A DNA stretch of 45,439 bases, from NCBI GenBank assembly GCA_001872185.1, contig MNVX01000021.1, positions 1 to 45,439 on the forward strand, in the 5' to 3' direction. The position numbers and the translations under genes are program-made. The first letter of the stretch is position 1; each line of letters opens with the position of its first letter. The stretch comes from Candidatus Pacearchaeota archaeon CG1_02_32_21 (GTDB lineage: Archaea; Nanobdellota; Nanobdellia; Pacearchaeales; GW2011-AR1). This document shows, one piece after another, positions 27,607 through 37,324 of this stretch. The notes under the pieces are model-generated. The model was not told the DNA's origin and ran no database searches. It saw only the letters and a program-made list of their open reading frames with translations.

Positions 27607-28323
27607 ATGGGTAAAAGAATAATAAGTCAGGCAAGAGGGCATGGAAGCCTAACATATAGAGTCAGAAGTAAAGCATTTATATATGAAATAAAATACCCTC
27701 TGCAGTCTTTTAGTGGTGAAGGAGAAATTGTTAAGTTTATTCATTCCGGAGGACATTCAGCTCCTTTAGCAAAAATAAAACTGGGAGAGATTATATTCTT
27801 TAATCCTTCTGCAAATGGGATGTATGAAGGACAAAAAATATCTATTGGAAAAGATAATGGTATGGGCAGCATTGTAAAATTAAAAGATATTCCTACTAAA
27901 GCAACAGTTTATAATATTGAAGCAAATCCTGGAGATGGTGGTAAATTTATAAGAAGCGCCGGGTCTTTCGCAACTATTACTAAAAAAAGTAAAAATGACG
28001 TAATTATCCTTATGCCTTCAAAAAGGGAGAAAGTATTTAGTGGAGATTGCAGGGCAAGCATAGGAGTAATTGCTGGAAATGGAAGAAAGGATAAGCCTGT
28101 AATGAAAGCAGGAAGAATGTTTTATATTAAAAAGGCAAAAAACAAGTTATGGCCTAGAACATCTGCAGTTAAAATGAATGTAATTGACCATCCATTCGGA
28201 TCTGGAAGAGGAAAGAATTTAACTCATGGAAACCTTGGAAAAATTCCTAAGAGGAATGCTCCTCCTGGAGCCAGAGTAGGTTCTATAAGAGCAAGAAGAA
28301 CTGGAAAGAGGAAAGCTAATTAA
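27607..28323 (+). CDS. rpl2: 50S ribosomal protein L2
   Basis: MGKRIISQARG, MNVIDHPFGSG. Confidence 0.97.
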   Translation: MGKRIISQARGHGSLTYRVRSKAFIYEIKYPLQSFSGEGEIVKFIHSGGHSAPLAKIKLGEIIFFNPSANGMYEGQKISIGKDNGMGSIVKLKDIPTKATVYNIEANPGDGGKFIRSAGSFATITKKSKNDVIILMPSKREKVFSGDCRASIGVIAGNGRKDKPVMKAGRMFYIKKAKNKLWPRTSAVKMNVIDHPFGSGRGKNLTHGNLGKIPKRNAPPGARVGSIRARRTGKRKAN

Positions 28324-28324
28324 A

Positions 28325-28738
28325 ATGGCAGAAGAAAATATTGACGTTCAGAGAAAGAGAGAATTTTTGTATAGAGGTAAAACTATTGTAGACCTTCAAA
28401 AAATGGATATAAGAGAATTTTCTAAGCTGCTCCCTTCTAGGGAAAGGAGAACAGTTTTGAGAAATAGTGATAATATTGAAAAATTTCTCACTAAATGCAG
28501 AAAAAGGAATGACAAAAAGAAACCAATAAAAACACACGATAGGGAATTGGTTATTGTTCCTGAAATGGTTGGTTTAAGTATAGGAGTGCATAACGGAAAA
28601 TCATTTGTTAAAATAGACGTTATTCCTGAAATGATAGGCCATAGATTGGGAGAATTTGCCCTAACAAGAGGAATTGTTAAGCATGGAGCTGCAGGTATTG
28701 GAGCAACAAGATCGAGCGCTTCAAGGAGTGTAAAATAA
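28325..28738 (+). CDS. rps19: 30S ribosomal protein S19
   Basis: IKTHDR, MIGHRLGEF. Confidence 0.97.
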   Translation: MAEENIDVQRKREFLYRGKTIVDLQKMDIREFSKLLPSRERRTVLRNSDNIEKFLTKCRKRNDKKKPIKTHDRELVIVPEMVGLSIGVHNGKSFVKIDVIPEMIGHRLGEFALTRGIVKHGAAGIGATRSSASRSVK

Positions 28739-29329
28739 ATGGCAGATGAACAATTGAACCAAGTTAAAATACAAAAAACAAATATTGTACATGGAAATAA
28801 GCAACCTATAGCTGTAGATGTACATCGTACAAAACATGATAAAAATGAAAAAATCTCTGAAAAAGAAGCTGGTATGGGAGAAACAAATACTGAAGCTAAG
28901 AAAGATGAAAAACGAAAACAAACAAAAGCTCCACAAAGAACAGAGGCAAGTGTTTATGGAAGAAGCTTAAAAATATCTTTAAAGCAGAGTAAAGCAGTTG
29001 GCAAATTCATAAAAAACAAAAAAATTGAAGATGCAATTAAAGACTTAAATCAAGTTTTGCTAAAGAAAAGGGCTGTTCCAATGTCAGGAGAAATAGCCCA
29101 TAGAAGAGGAAACATTATGTCTGGAAAATATCCTATTAATACTTCTAACGAGTTCATAAGGCTATTAAAGACTTTAAGTTCTAACAGTACAATGCATGGA
29201 TTGGATTTGGATAAAACAATAATTTATGAAGTTATACCAAACAAAGCTCCTGATCAGTTGCATAGATTCGGGTCAAGAAAATTCAAGAGAACCCATATCA
29301 CAATAAAAGCAAAGGAGTTAAAGAAATAA
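28739..29329 (+). CDS. rpl22: 50S ribosomal protein L22 with N-terminal extension
   Basis: ISLKQS, GKYP, KRTHITI; operon position. Confidence 0.92.
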   Translation: MADEQLNQVKIQKTNIVHGNKQPIAVDVHRTKHDKNEKISEKEAGMGETNTEAKKDEKRKQTKAPQRTEASVYGRSLKISLKQSKAVGKFIKNKKIEDAIKDLNQVLLKKRAVPMSGEIAHRRGNIMSGKYPINTSNEFIRLLKTLSSNSTMHGLDLDKTIIYEVIPNKAPDQLHRFGSRKFKRTHITIKAKELKK

Positions 29330-29330
29330 T

Positions 29331-29942
29331 ATGGAAGAGAAAAAATTTGTTAAATTTAAGAAAGATGAATTTGAAATAAGGGAATTTGTAAAAAAGTATT
29401 TGGGAAAGGGGAAGGTAAGTAAAGTAAATATAGAATATACTCCTGTCGGGGAAAAGATAGTTATACTTACAAGCAGGCCAGGATTGATTATCGGAAGAGG
29501 TGGAGAAAAAATAACCCACCTTACTGAAGTTCTTAAAAAGAAATTCAAATTTGAAAACCCGCACATTGAAATTAATGAAATACTCAACCCTTATCTAGAC
29601 TCTCAAAGTGTTGCTGATGAAATCGCACTTAGTATTGAGAATAAGGGTTCGTTAAAATTTAAAATTGTTGCATATAGAATGTTAAAGCAAATAGTAGATG
29701 CTGGAGCTAAGGGAGTTGAAATAAAGCTGGCTGGAAAATTGCCAAGTGCAAGAGCTAAAACTTGGAGATTTAAAAAGGGTTTCCTGAAAAAAGTGGGGGA
29801 TAGCTCTAAAGTGGTTGATAGAGCAGAAGCCATTGCAAGTACAAAAACAGGGGCTATAGGAATTAGTGTCAGCATATTACATCCAGATGCAAAAATCCAT
29901 GATCAAATTTCAACAAGGAGAAATGTAAATGAAAAGATTTAA
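29331..29942 (+). CDS. rps3: 30S ribosomal protein S3
   Basis: RPGLIIGRGG KH motif. Confidence 0.96.
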   Translation: MEEKKFVKFKKDEFEIREFVKKYLGKGKVSKVNIEYTPVGEKIVILTSRPGLIIGRGGEKITHLTEVLKKKFKFENPHIEINEILNPYLDSQSVADEIALSIENKGSLKFKIVAYRMLKQIVDAGAKGVEIKLAGKLPSARAKTWRFKKGFLKKVGDSSKVVDRAEAIASTKTGAIGISVSILHPDAKIHDQISTRRNVNEKI

Positions 29943-30138
29943 AGAACTATCAAAACTTGGGAAAAATGATATTAACAAGAAAAAAATGGAAATTGAAATG
30001 GAAATTATAAAGGCAAGAGTAACTGCAAGCAAGGGCGGAAAAGTTAAAATAAAAGAATTAAAGAAAACTCTTGCAAATTTGAAAACACTCAACAAACAAA
30101 ACAATGGAGATAGATCCAAAAACAGGGTTGCCAGTTGA
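29929..30138 (+). CDS. rpl29: 50S ribosomal protein L29
   Basis: Position; KIKELKKTLA pattern. Confidence 0.85.
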   Translation: MKRFKELSKLGKNDINKKKMEIEMEIIKARVTASKGGKVKIKELKKTLANLKTLNKQNNGDRSKNRVAS

Positions 30139-30403
30139 GGCTATAGCGTGGGAAGACCTCTCACGAGGCGAACAGAGAATCCAAGTAACAACAGCCAAAA
30201 AAAAGTTTGGCAAAAGTGTTACAATAGTGTCGGGATTTGACAGAGGAACTGACCTCAAAAGAATAGCTAAGGAGCTTAAGGAAGAGCTTGGTTGTGGAGG
30301 GACAGTAAGAGACGACTCGATAGAGTTGCAGGGAGATCACACAAGAAAGATCAAACCAATCCTTGCGAGACTTGGGTTTTCAGAAAGCACAATCAGCAAC
30401 TAA
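30104..30403 (+). CDS. sui1: Translation initiation factor SUI1/aIF1
   Basis: LGCGGTV...IELQGDH. Confidence 0.95.
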   Translation: MEIDPKTGLPVEAIAWEDLSRGEQRIQVTTAKKKFGKSVTIVSGFDRGTDLKRIAKELKEELGCGGTVRDDSIELQGDHTRKIKPILARLGFSESTISN

Positions 30404-30417
30404 AACCCCAAAATAAA

Positions 30418-30768
30418 ATGGAAAAGAAAAATAAGAAGACAGACTTGAAAGTCAGAAATAGAGTAGTTGGAACCCGTGGAAGAAAATTTGAAGGACATGT
30501 GATAAGAAAGTTCGATAAAAGGGTAACAATTCAGCTTGAGAGAGTAAAATACATCAGAAAATATGAAAGATATGCTAAATATCAAACTAAAGTACATGCT
30601 TACTTACCTGAAAACATGAAAGAACAAATCCAGATAGGAGATTATATACAAGTAATGGAAACAAGACCTTTAAGCAAGATTATACATCATCTCGTAGTAA
30701 AGAAAATAAGGGACGCTGATATTAAGGCGCAGGCTATAGAGAAACTTAAGGAGCAAACAAAAAAATGA
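30418..30768 (+). CDS. rps17: 30S ribosomal protein S17
   Basis: KYERY, ETRPLSK; start moved to ATG 30418. Confidence 0.95.
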   Translation: MEKKNKKTDLKVRNRVVGTRGRKFEGHVIRKFDKRVTIQLERVKYIRKYERYAKYQTKVHAYLPENMKEQIQIGDYIQVMETRPLSKIIHHLVVKKIRDADIKAQAIEKLKEQTKK

Positions 30769-31166
30769 CCTCGGGAAAAATAAATGGTTTATATGTTGAA
30801 TTAGAAAACGTAACAAAAGAGTGTGGCGGTTTAGATAATGAGCCATCAAGAGAAATAGTAAGGCAGATAGAAGAAGAAATTGGGTTAAATACAAGAAGAA
30901 TACATGAGGGTATAGCAAAGGTGCATGGACCTTATAGTGACTTTGAAAAGTTAATGGAAGAATATGAAAGGCGTATGATGGAATGTGATGTTGGTGGGGC
31001 AATTAATGTTATAAACAAGTACAGAAATCAGGTTTTAGAAAATGGAGCATTACATTATTTACCAGTATTTACATCTTTAGACAAACATTCATTTAACACC
31101 TCATTACAATTATCAGGGTATGGAGTTCATGATGCATATAAAATAACTGTGGGGTTTTTCGGATGA
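30765..31166 (+). CDS. Hypothetical protein inserted between rps17 and rpl14
   Basis: 133 aa, ATGA overlaps at both ends. Confidence 0.75.
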   Translation: MTSGKINGLYVELENVTKECGGLDNEPSREIVRQIEEEIGLNTRRIHEGIAKVHGPYSDFEKLMEEYERRMMECDVGGAINVINKYRNQVLENGALHYLPVFTSLDKHSFNTSLQLSGYGVHDAYKITVGFFG

Positions 31167-31564
31167 AAGCAATAAGCGCAAGAGCAACCAGAGGATTGAA
31201 TATTGGCAGTGAGGTAGTGGCTACAGACAATAGCGGAGCAAGAATTGTAAGAATTGTTGGTGTAAAAAGAGGAAAAACAGTTAAGAAAAGACAGCAGTAT
31301 GCAAAGATATCTGACTTGGTTAAAGTTTCTGTAAGAAAAGGAAAGCCAGAAATGAAAGGGGAAGTTTTTGATGCTGTAGTTGTTAGAGCAAGGAAACCTT
31401 GGAGAAGGAAAAATGGAGAAAGAATTGCATTCAGTGATAATGCTGTAGCTTTATTAAAAGATGAAAAAGGAAATCCAAAAGGAACTCAGATAAAGGGACC
31501 TATTGCAAGAGAAGTACTTGAAAGATGGGTAAGTGTAGCTAAAATTGCGAGGATAGTGGTTTAA
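31163..31564 (+). CDS. rpl14: 50S ribosomal protein L14
   Basis: DNSGAR, FSDNA, GPIARE. Confidence 0.97.
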   Translation: MKAISARATRGLNIGSEVVATDNSGARIVRIVGVKRGKTVKKRQQYAKISDLVKVSVRKGKPEMKGEVFDAVVVRARKPWRRKNGERIAFSDNAVALLKDEKGNPKGTQIKGPIAREVLERWVSVAKIARIVV

Positions 31565-31565
31565 A

Positions 31566-32003
31566 ATGAATAAAAAATTTTCACAACATTGGAAGGCAAG
31601 CAAGCAAATAAGGAAACAAAGAAAATATTTAGCTAATGCTCCATTGCATACAAAAAATAAATTTGTTTCAAGCAATTTGAGCAAATCTTTAAGAAAAAGC
31701 TACGGAATTAGAAGTTTGCCATTAAGAAAAAATGACGAAGTTAAAATTCTTAGAGGAAAGTTTGATGGAAAAAGCGGTAAAATTAATAGTGTTGATTTAA
31801 AGAAAACAAGGGTGACAATAGAAGGAATTCAAAATAAGAAGAAAGACGGAACTAAAATTAATGTTTATTTTCATCCATCTAATTTGCAGATAATAAATAT
31901 TGGATCTGAGGATAAAAAAAGAATTAAAAGACTTGGTAAAAAGGGAAAGGTAGAGAATAAGGAATCAAAAACTGAAGAAAAGAAATCAGGAGGCAATGAA
32001 TAA
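31566..32003 (+). CDS. rpl24: 50S ribosomal protein L24
   Basis: RKQRK..NAPLH, HPSNL. Confidence 0.96.
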   Translation: MNKKFSQHWKASKQIRKQRKYLANAPLHTKNKFVSSNLSKSLRKSYGIRSLPLRKNDEVKILRGKFDGKSGKINSVDLKKTRVTIEGIQNKKKDGTKINVYFHPSNLQIINIGSEDKKRIKRLGKKGKVENKESKTEEKKSGGNE

Positions 32004-32005
32004 AA

Positions 32006-32644
32006 ATGCATCTGAAAAGACCAGAGACAAGCAAGATATGGCCAATATCCAGGAAAGGTACAAAATATTTAGTTGTACCAAGCCATTTTAAAAATTACGG
32101 AATTCCACTGCTTGTAGTTCTAAGGGATGTTCTTAAAATTGTTAGAACAAGAAAAGAACTTGTTAAAATTCTAAGAGAGGGCCAAATTTTAGTTAATGAT
32201 GAAAAACTAAGGGATGAAAGCAGAGCATTGGTTATATTTGACATTATAAGCATACCTGCATTAAATAAATACTATAGAGTTAATTTCTCAGACAATGGTA
32301 AGATTGGTTTTGATGAAATAAGTGAGAAAGAATCTCACTATAAAACAGTTAAATTAAGTAATAAAAAAATACTTGGAAAGGGAATTACTCAATTAAACTT
32401 CAGTGATGGCAGGAATATTATTTCAAAAGATAAAATATCTGTGGGGGACTCTACACTAATTAGTTTTAAAGATAAGAAACTGACAAAAGTTATGCCAATA
32501 GCAGATAAATCAAATGTTATGATTATAAGCGGTAAGCATAGAGGTACAAAGGGTATTATAAACCTCGCGGGTGATAAAATTTTCGTCAAGTCTAAAGATG
32601 TTAAATTTGAAATAGGCAAAAAGGAGTTAATAGTTATAGAATAA
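32006..32644 (+). CDS. rps4e: 30S ribosomal protein S4e
   Basis: MHLKR..WPISRK, PLLVVLRD. Confidence 0.95.
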   Translation: MHLKRPETSKIWPISRKGTKYLVVPSHFKNYGIPLLVVLRDVLKIVRTRKELVKILREGQILVNDEKLRDESRALVIFDIISIPALNKYYRVNFSDNGKIGFDEISEKESHYKTVKLSNKKILGKGITQLNFSDGRNIISKDKISVGDSTLISFKDKKLTKVMPIADKSNVMIISGKHRGTKGIINLAGDKIFVKSKDVKFEIGKKELIVIE

Positions 32645-32645
32645 A

Positions 32646-33149
32646 ATGGCAAATAATAAAATGCAGATTGTAGAAATGGAAAAATTAGTTTTATCTTTTG
32701 GAGGAGTTAAAGATGAGCTTGAAAAGGGGTATAAACTTTTACAAAAAATATCTAAAGAAAAACCTTCCAGAAGAATGACTGTAAAGAGAATACCTAGTTT
32801 TGGTATAAGACCTCAAATGGAAGTAGGATGTATGGTAACACTTAGGGGAAATAAAGCAAAGGCCCTTCTCAAAAGATTACTGGACTCAATAGACAACAAA
32901 ATAAAGAAAAAACAAATTGCTAAAAATCAGTTTTCATTTGGAATAAAAGAATACATAGAGATACCTGGAGAAGAGTATGACAGAGAAATCGGGATGCTTG
33001 GATTCAATGTAGTAGTTGTTTTCTCAAGAAAGGGCAAAAGGGTGGGTATTAAAAAGATAAAACGTGGTAAATTGCCGGAAAGACACCATGTAACTCAAGA
33101 TGAAATAGTTCAGTTCATGAAAGAAAATTTTAAGGTGAGGGTAGAATGA
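32646..33149 (+). CDS. rpl5: 50S ribosomal protein L5
   Basis: [18 protein letters not shown]. Confidence 0.96.
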   Translation: MANNKMQIVEMEKLVLSFGGVKDELEKGYKLLQKISKEKPSRRMTVKRIPSFGIRPQMEVGCMVTLRGNKAKALLKRLLDSIDNKIKKKQIAKNQFSFGIKEYIEIPGEEYDREIGMLGFNVVVVFSRKGKRVGIKKIKRGKLPERHHVTQDEIVQFMKENFKVRVE

Positions 33150-33376
33150 CAGCAAGTGATTGGAAAAAGCTTATGAATCAACTGAAAAATAAACCAGCTG
33201 TAGCCAGAAAGTTTATGAAACATAATAAACCTAAAGATAGAAAATTCGGAATCGCTGCTCAAAAATGTGAGCGTTGTGGACGTTATGGGGCAAGAGTCAG
33301 CCAGTATGGGCTAAACTTTTGCAGGCAATGCTTTAGAGAAGTAGCAGAAGATGTGGGATTTAAAAAATATTCGTAA
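33146..33376 (+). CDS. rps14: 30S ribosomal protein S14
   Basis: CERCG...CRQCFRE. Confidence 0.95.
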   Translation: MTASDWKKLMNQLKNKPAVARKFMKHNKPKDRKFGIAAQKCERCGRYGARVSQYGLNFCRQCFREVAEDVGFKKYS

Positions 33377-33377
33377 A

Positions 33378-33752
33378 ATGAGCCAAGATATAATTGCAGA
33401 CGCACTAAACCAGATAATGAACGCGAAAAAAGCTGGTAAGAAAGAAGTAGTTTTAACTAAAAATTCCAAATTGCTTCTTAAAGTGTTAGACATAGCTAAA
33501 GAGTATAATTACGTAGAAGACTATGAAGTTTCTGAACATAATCTGACTGTCAAAATCGGAAAGATAATAGAATGCAGGGCAATAAAGCCGAGATTTAATG
33601 TTAGTACAGACTCAATTAACAAGTATATGAGAAGATATCTTCCGGGAATAGGGCTTGGCATTATTATTATCTCAACAAACAAAGGAATTATGACTCATAA
33701 TGAGGCACTTGAAAAATCAATTGGAGGAAGTTTACTAGCTTACTTTTACTAA
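33378..33752 (+). CDS. rps8: 30S ribosomal protein S8
   Basis: DIIADAL, STNKGIMTH; start moved to ATG 33378. Confidence 0.96.
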   Translation: MSQDIIADALNQIMNAKKAGKKEVVLTKNSKLLLKVLDIAKEYNYVEDYEVSEHNLTVKIGKIIECRAIKPRFNVSTDSINKYMRRYLPGIGLGIIIISTNKGIMTHNEALEKSIGGSLLAYFY

Positions 33753-33753
33753 A

Positions 33754-34302
33754 ATGAAAGAAGAAATTACAGAAACAATAGAAATTCCTGAGGGGATAGA
33801 GTTTAAAATAGATGGGAGTAGAATATCTGCAAAATCCGGAGATAAGTCCATAACTAAAAAAATTGATCTTAAAAATTTTTCAATTAAAATGGAAAATGGA
33901 AAAATAATTTTGCACGCGAAAAAAGCTACCAGAAGTGAAAGCAGGATTATACATACTATCAAAGCACATATAAACAACATGCTAAATGGTTTATCAAACG
34001 AATTTGAATATGAGCTTGAAGTTGCTTATTCACATTTTCCAGTTAGCATTGAGCTTGACAACTCCAATCATAAGCTAATAATAAAAAATTTTCTTGGTGA
34101 AAAAAAGAATAGAGTTGCTAAGTTACTTCCCGAATCAGATGTCTCAGTTAAAGGAAATATCATATTCGTTAAGTCCTATAATAAAGAAGTTGCTGGCCAA
34201 ACTGCAGCTAATATCGAGAAAGCCACACAGATAAAAAATAGAGACAGGAGAAAATTCCAAGATGGAATATATATCACTCAAAAACCAGGGAGGGAAATAT
34301 AA
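33754..34302 (+). CDS. rpl6: 50S ribosomal protein L6
   Basis: YSHFP, NFLGEK, FQDGIYI. Confidence 0.97.
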   Translation: MKEEITETIEIPEGIEFKIDGSRISAKSGDKSITKKIDLKNFSIKMENGKIILHAKKATRSESRIIHTIKAHINNMLNGLSNEFEYELEVAYSHFPVSIELDNSNHKLIIKNFLGEKKNRVAKLLPESDVSVKGNIIFVKSYNKEVAGQTAANIEKATQIKNRDRRKFQDGIYITQKPGREI

Positions 34303-34682
34303 TGCCAAATAAAAAATTCCTCAGAAGAAACACTAATGAATATTTAAAGCTTGGAAAGAAAAGGAAGAAAGCACAAAAATGGAGAAGACCAAGAGGTAGA
34401 GACAATAAAATGAGACTTAAAACAAAGGGCCATCCGTTAGTTGTTAAAGTGGGTTATAAACAAAACAAGCTGCACAGAGGAAAAGTTAATGGTAAGGACC
34501 TAAAGATAATTATGACAATTAATGATTTGAATGAAATAAGGGGAAAGACTTTGCAACTTGGAAAAATTGGGATGAAAAAGAAAATCGCTATAGCAAAAAT
34601 TGCTGTGGAAAAAAATATAGATTTTATTAATTTTAACCCTAAAAAGACACTTGAAAGTGTTAAAGCGAAGGAAAAGAAATGA
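34302..34682 (+). CDS. rpl32e: 50S ribosomal protein L32e
   Basis: KWRRPRGRDNKMR. Confidence 0.95.
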   Translation: MPNKKFLRRNTNEYLKLGKKRKKAQKWRRPRGRDNKMRLKTKGHPLVVKVGYKQNKLHRGKVNGKDLKIIMTINDLNEIRGKTLQLGKIGMKKKIAIAKIAVEKNIDFINFNPKKTLESVKAKEKK

Positions 34683-35074
34683 ACCTCTCTAATAAAAAAA
34701 TATTAGCAGCAAAAACTCTTGGAGTTGGTACTGGTAGAATTGAACTCAATATTAATAGGCTGGACGAGATAAAAGAAGCTATAACAAGACAGGATATTAA
34801 AGACCTAGTAAAAAGTGGAGCTATAAAAATAAAAGAAACAAAGGGCAGAAGGAAAAATGTGAAAAGAAAACAGAGGAGGAGAATAGGAAAAATAAAACTC
34901 AAAGTAAAGGCAAGGAAAAGAAGTTACATCATAATAACCAGGAAGTTAAGGACTTACATAAAAGGCCTTAAAACTCAGGAAAAGATTACGAACGAAAAAT
35001 ATGCTGAACTAAGGAAACAAATTAGGAACAGATCTTTCAAAAGTAAAAGGCACCTTAAGGAGAACTTACAATGA
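34679..35074 (+). CDS. rpl19e: 50S ribosomal protein L19e
   Basis: LAAKTLGVG, AITRQDI. Confidence 0.95.
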   Translation: MNLSNKKILAAKTLGVGTGRIELNINRLDEIKEAITRQDIKDLVKSGAIKIKETKGRRKNVKRKQRRRIGKIKLKVKARKRSYIIITRKLRTYIKGLKTQEKITNEKYAELRKQIRNRSFKSKRHLKENLQ

Positions 35075-35562
35075 GAACAATAAGAAAAAGAAGAACTGAG
35101 AACAAGACTGACTACAAATTAAGAATAGGTTTGCTAAAATACAAAAACCCCAGGGTTGTTGTGAGAAAAACAAATAAGCATTTAATCGCCCAGTATACTC
35201 AAAGCCAAAATGCTAAAGACAAAGTTCTTATAGGCATAACCTCAAAGGAACTTGTCAAATATGGCTGGCCTAAAGAGTCTAGTGGATCTTTAAAATCAAT
35301 ACCTGCAGCATACTTAACAGGATATATTTTAGGTAAAAAAATACTTGCTAAATATCCAAAATCTGAGAGTGTTTTAGATACTGGATTACAAAGGAATATC
35401 CACGGATCAAGGATATATGCTTTATTAAAAGGCCTTGTTGATGCAGGAGTTTCAATTCCGCACAATAAAGATGTTTTCCCAAGTGAGGATAGGATAACTG
35501 GTAAGAATATGAAAAAGGATATTTCAGATTTAATAAAAAAAATAAAGTCTAATGCAAAATGA
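35071..35562 (+). CDS. rpl18: 50S ribosomal protein L18
   Basis: KTDYKLR, PAAYLTG. Confidence 0.96.
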   Translation: MRTIRKRRTENKTDYKLRIGLLKYKNPRVVVRKTNKHLIAQYTQSQNAKDKVLIGITSKELVKYGWPKESSGSLKSIPAAYLTGYILGKKILAKYPKSESVLDTGLQRNIHGSRIYALLKGLVDAGVSIPHNKDVFPSEDRITGKNMKKDISDLIKKIKSNAK

Positions 35563-36302
35563 GTGAAAAATCTATAAAAGGGGCAGAAGAGAAGAAAGAA
35601 GTAGAAGACATAGTTGAAATTGTAGAAGAAATTGTGGAGGAAAAAGTTGAAGATAAAAGGGAAATGTCACAGGAGCCTTTATACTCGTGGGTTCCTAAAA
35701 CAAAACTTGGAAAGCTTGTCAAAGAGGGTAAGATAAAAAATATTGATGAGATACTTGATAATAAAATGAGAATGCTAGAACCTGAGATTGTTGACAAATT
35801 AATAAGTGTTGATAGTGATTTACTTTTTGTAGGACAGTCTAAAGGTAAATTTGGCGGAGGAAAAAGAAGAGCGTGGAGGCAGTCTCAGAAAAAAACCAAA
35901 GAGGGTAATGTTATAACTTTTTCTGCATTTGCAGTAGTTGGAGATAAAAACGGCCATGTTGGACTTGGATTTGGAAAAGCAAAAGAAACACTTCCTGCAA
36001 GAGAGAAAGCACTAAGAAAGGCTAAGCTTAACATAATAAAAATAAAGAGGGGAAGTGGCAGTTTTGAAGGCTCTTCACATGAGCCACACAGCATTCCTTT
36101 GCAAGTTGAGGGAAAATGTGGAAGTGTAAGGGTTATATTAATACCTGCACCCCAGGGTACAGGTCTTGTTATCGGTAATGAGGGTAAAAAAATATTGAAA
36201 TTAGCAGGAATACAAGATATATACAGTAAATCATTTGGACATAAAAGAACAACAATGAATTATGGTAAAGCTATAATGGAGGCTTTGAAAAAATTAGAAT
36301 GA
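35559..36302 (+). CDS. rps5: 30S ribosomal protein S5
   Basis: WVPKTKLG, VVGDKNGHVGLG. Confidence 0.96.
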   Translation: MSEKSIKGAEEKKEVEDIVEIVEEIVEEKVEDKREMSQEPLYSWVPKTKLGKLVKEGKIKNIDEILDNKMRMLEPEIVDKLISVDSDLLFVGQSKGKFGGGKRRAWRQSQKKTKEGNVITFSAFAVVGDKNGHVGLGFGKAKETLPAREKALRKAKLNIIKIKRGSGSFEGSSHEPHSIPLQVEGKCGSVRVILIPAPQGTGLVIGNEGKKILKLAGIQDIYSKSFGHKRTTMNYGKAIMEALKKLE

Positions 36303-36712
36303 TAGTTGTAATAAGAATAGCAGGGATGGTTAATATGAACAGACCTATGGAAGAAACTTTGTACAGACTTAGATTAAGAAGAAAATATTCATGTATAGTT
36401 GTTTCTGAAAGTAAAGAAGTAATGGGGATGTTAAAAAAAGTCAGGAATCTTGTGTCTTATGAAAAGATAGATGAAAATACTTTGAAAGAGCTTATTAATA
36501 AAAGAGGTCAATCTGAAAATAAAAAAGCAAAAATTAATACTGAAGGAGTAATAAAATATTTTCATGAGAATAAAACTCTTGATGGGTCTGGAATAAAGCC
36601 ATTTTTTAGACTGCATCCTCCAAGGGGAGGAATTAATACTAAATATCATTTTCCAAAAGGAGTTTTAGGTGAGAATAAAGAAATAAATAAATTAATTTTG
36701 AGGATGTTATAA
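36299..36712 (+). CDS. rpl30: 50S ribosomal protein L30
   Basis: FRLHPPRGG. Confidence 0.95.
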   Translation: MIVVIRIAGMVNMNRPMEETLYRLRLRRKYSCIVVSESKEVMGMLKKVRNLVSYEKIDENTLKELINKRGQSENKKAKINTEGVIKYFHENKTLDGSGIKPFFRLHPPRGGINTKYHFPKGVLGENKEINKLILRML

Positions 36713-36903
36713 TGATTAAATCTGGTTTTATGTGGGAATGTGAATGCGGAAAAACAATACTTGGAGAAAAATCTCCTGAAGAGTGCAATAAATGCGGAAG
36801 AATTGACAGTTTTGTGCAATTACCAGAAGAAATAGTTGAAGAAAGAGAAAAAGATATGGTTTATGAAAAAGACGAAGATATAGAGGATTATGAAGATGAA
36901 TAA
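36712..36903 (+). CDS. Rubredoxin-like zinc-ribbon protein with acidic tail
   Basis: WECECG...PEECNKCG; between rpl30 and rpl15. Confidence 0.7.
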   Translation: MIKSGFMWECECGKTILGEKSPEECNKCGRIDSFVQLPEEIVEEREKDMVYEKDEDIEDYEDE

Positions 36904-37324
36904 TAAAAAAAGAAAAAAGGCTAGCAGAATGAGAGGAAGTCATACTCATGGAAGAGGATTTATGAAAAAGGGAAGAGGTAGCGGTCATAGGGGAGGTAAA
37001 GGAATGGCTGGTACTGGTAAAAGAGCTGATCAGAAAAAAACCCTAATAATAAAAAAAGAGCTTAACTATTTTGGCAGTACTGGTTTAAAACCTAAAATCA
37101 AAAAGTATAAAATAATTAATGTTTCAGAAATAGAAAAGATAGCTGGTGGTAAAAAAGAGATTGATTTAAATAATTACAAGATTTTAGGAAATGGAGACAT
37201 AAATATAAGCATAAAGATAAGCTCATTTAGTGCGTCAAAATTAGCGATACAAAAAATAAAAAAAGCTGGGGGAGAAGTAATACTAAAGAATGGTAGTCAA
37301 AAAAATAATAAAGAATCTGCCTGA
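36890..37324 (+). CDS. rpl15: 50S ribosomal protein L15
   Basis: RGSHTHGRG, GGKGMAG, KILGNG. Confidence 0.96.
   Translation: MKMNNKKRKKASRMRGSHTHGRGFMKKGRGSGHRGGKGMAGTGKRADQKKTLIIKKELNYFGSTGLKPKIKKYKIINVSEIEKIAGGKKEIDLNNYKILGNGDINISIKISSFSASKLAIQKIKKAGGEVILKNGSQKNNKESA

Noticed and set aside
30292..30417. Extended rps17 start
   Set aside because: Overlaps sui1 out of frame; not an Rpp29 remnant by inspection.
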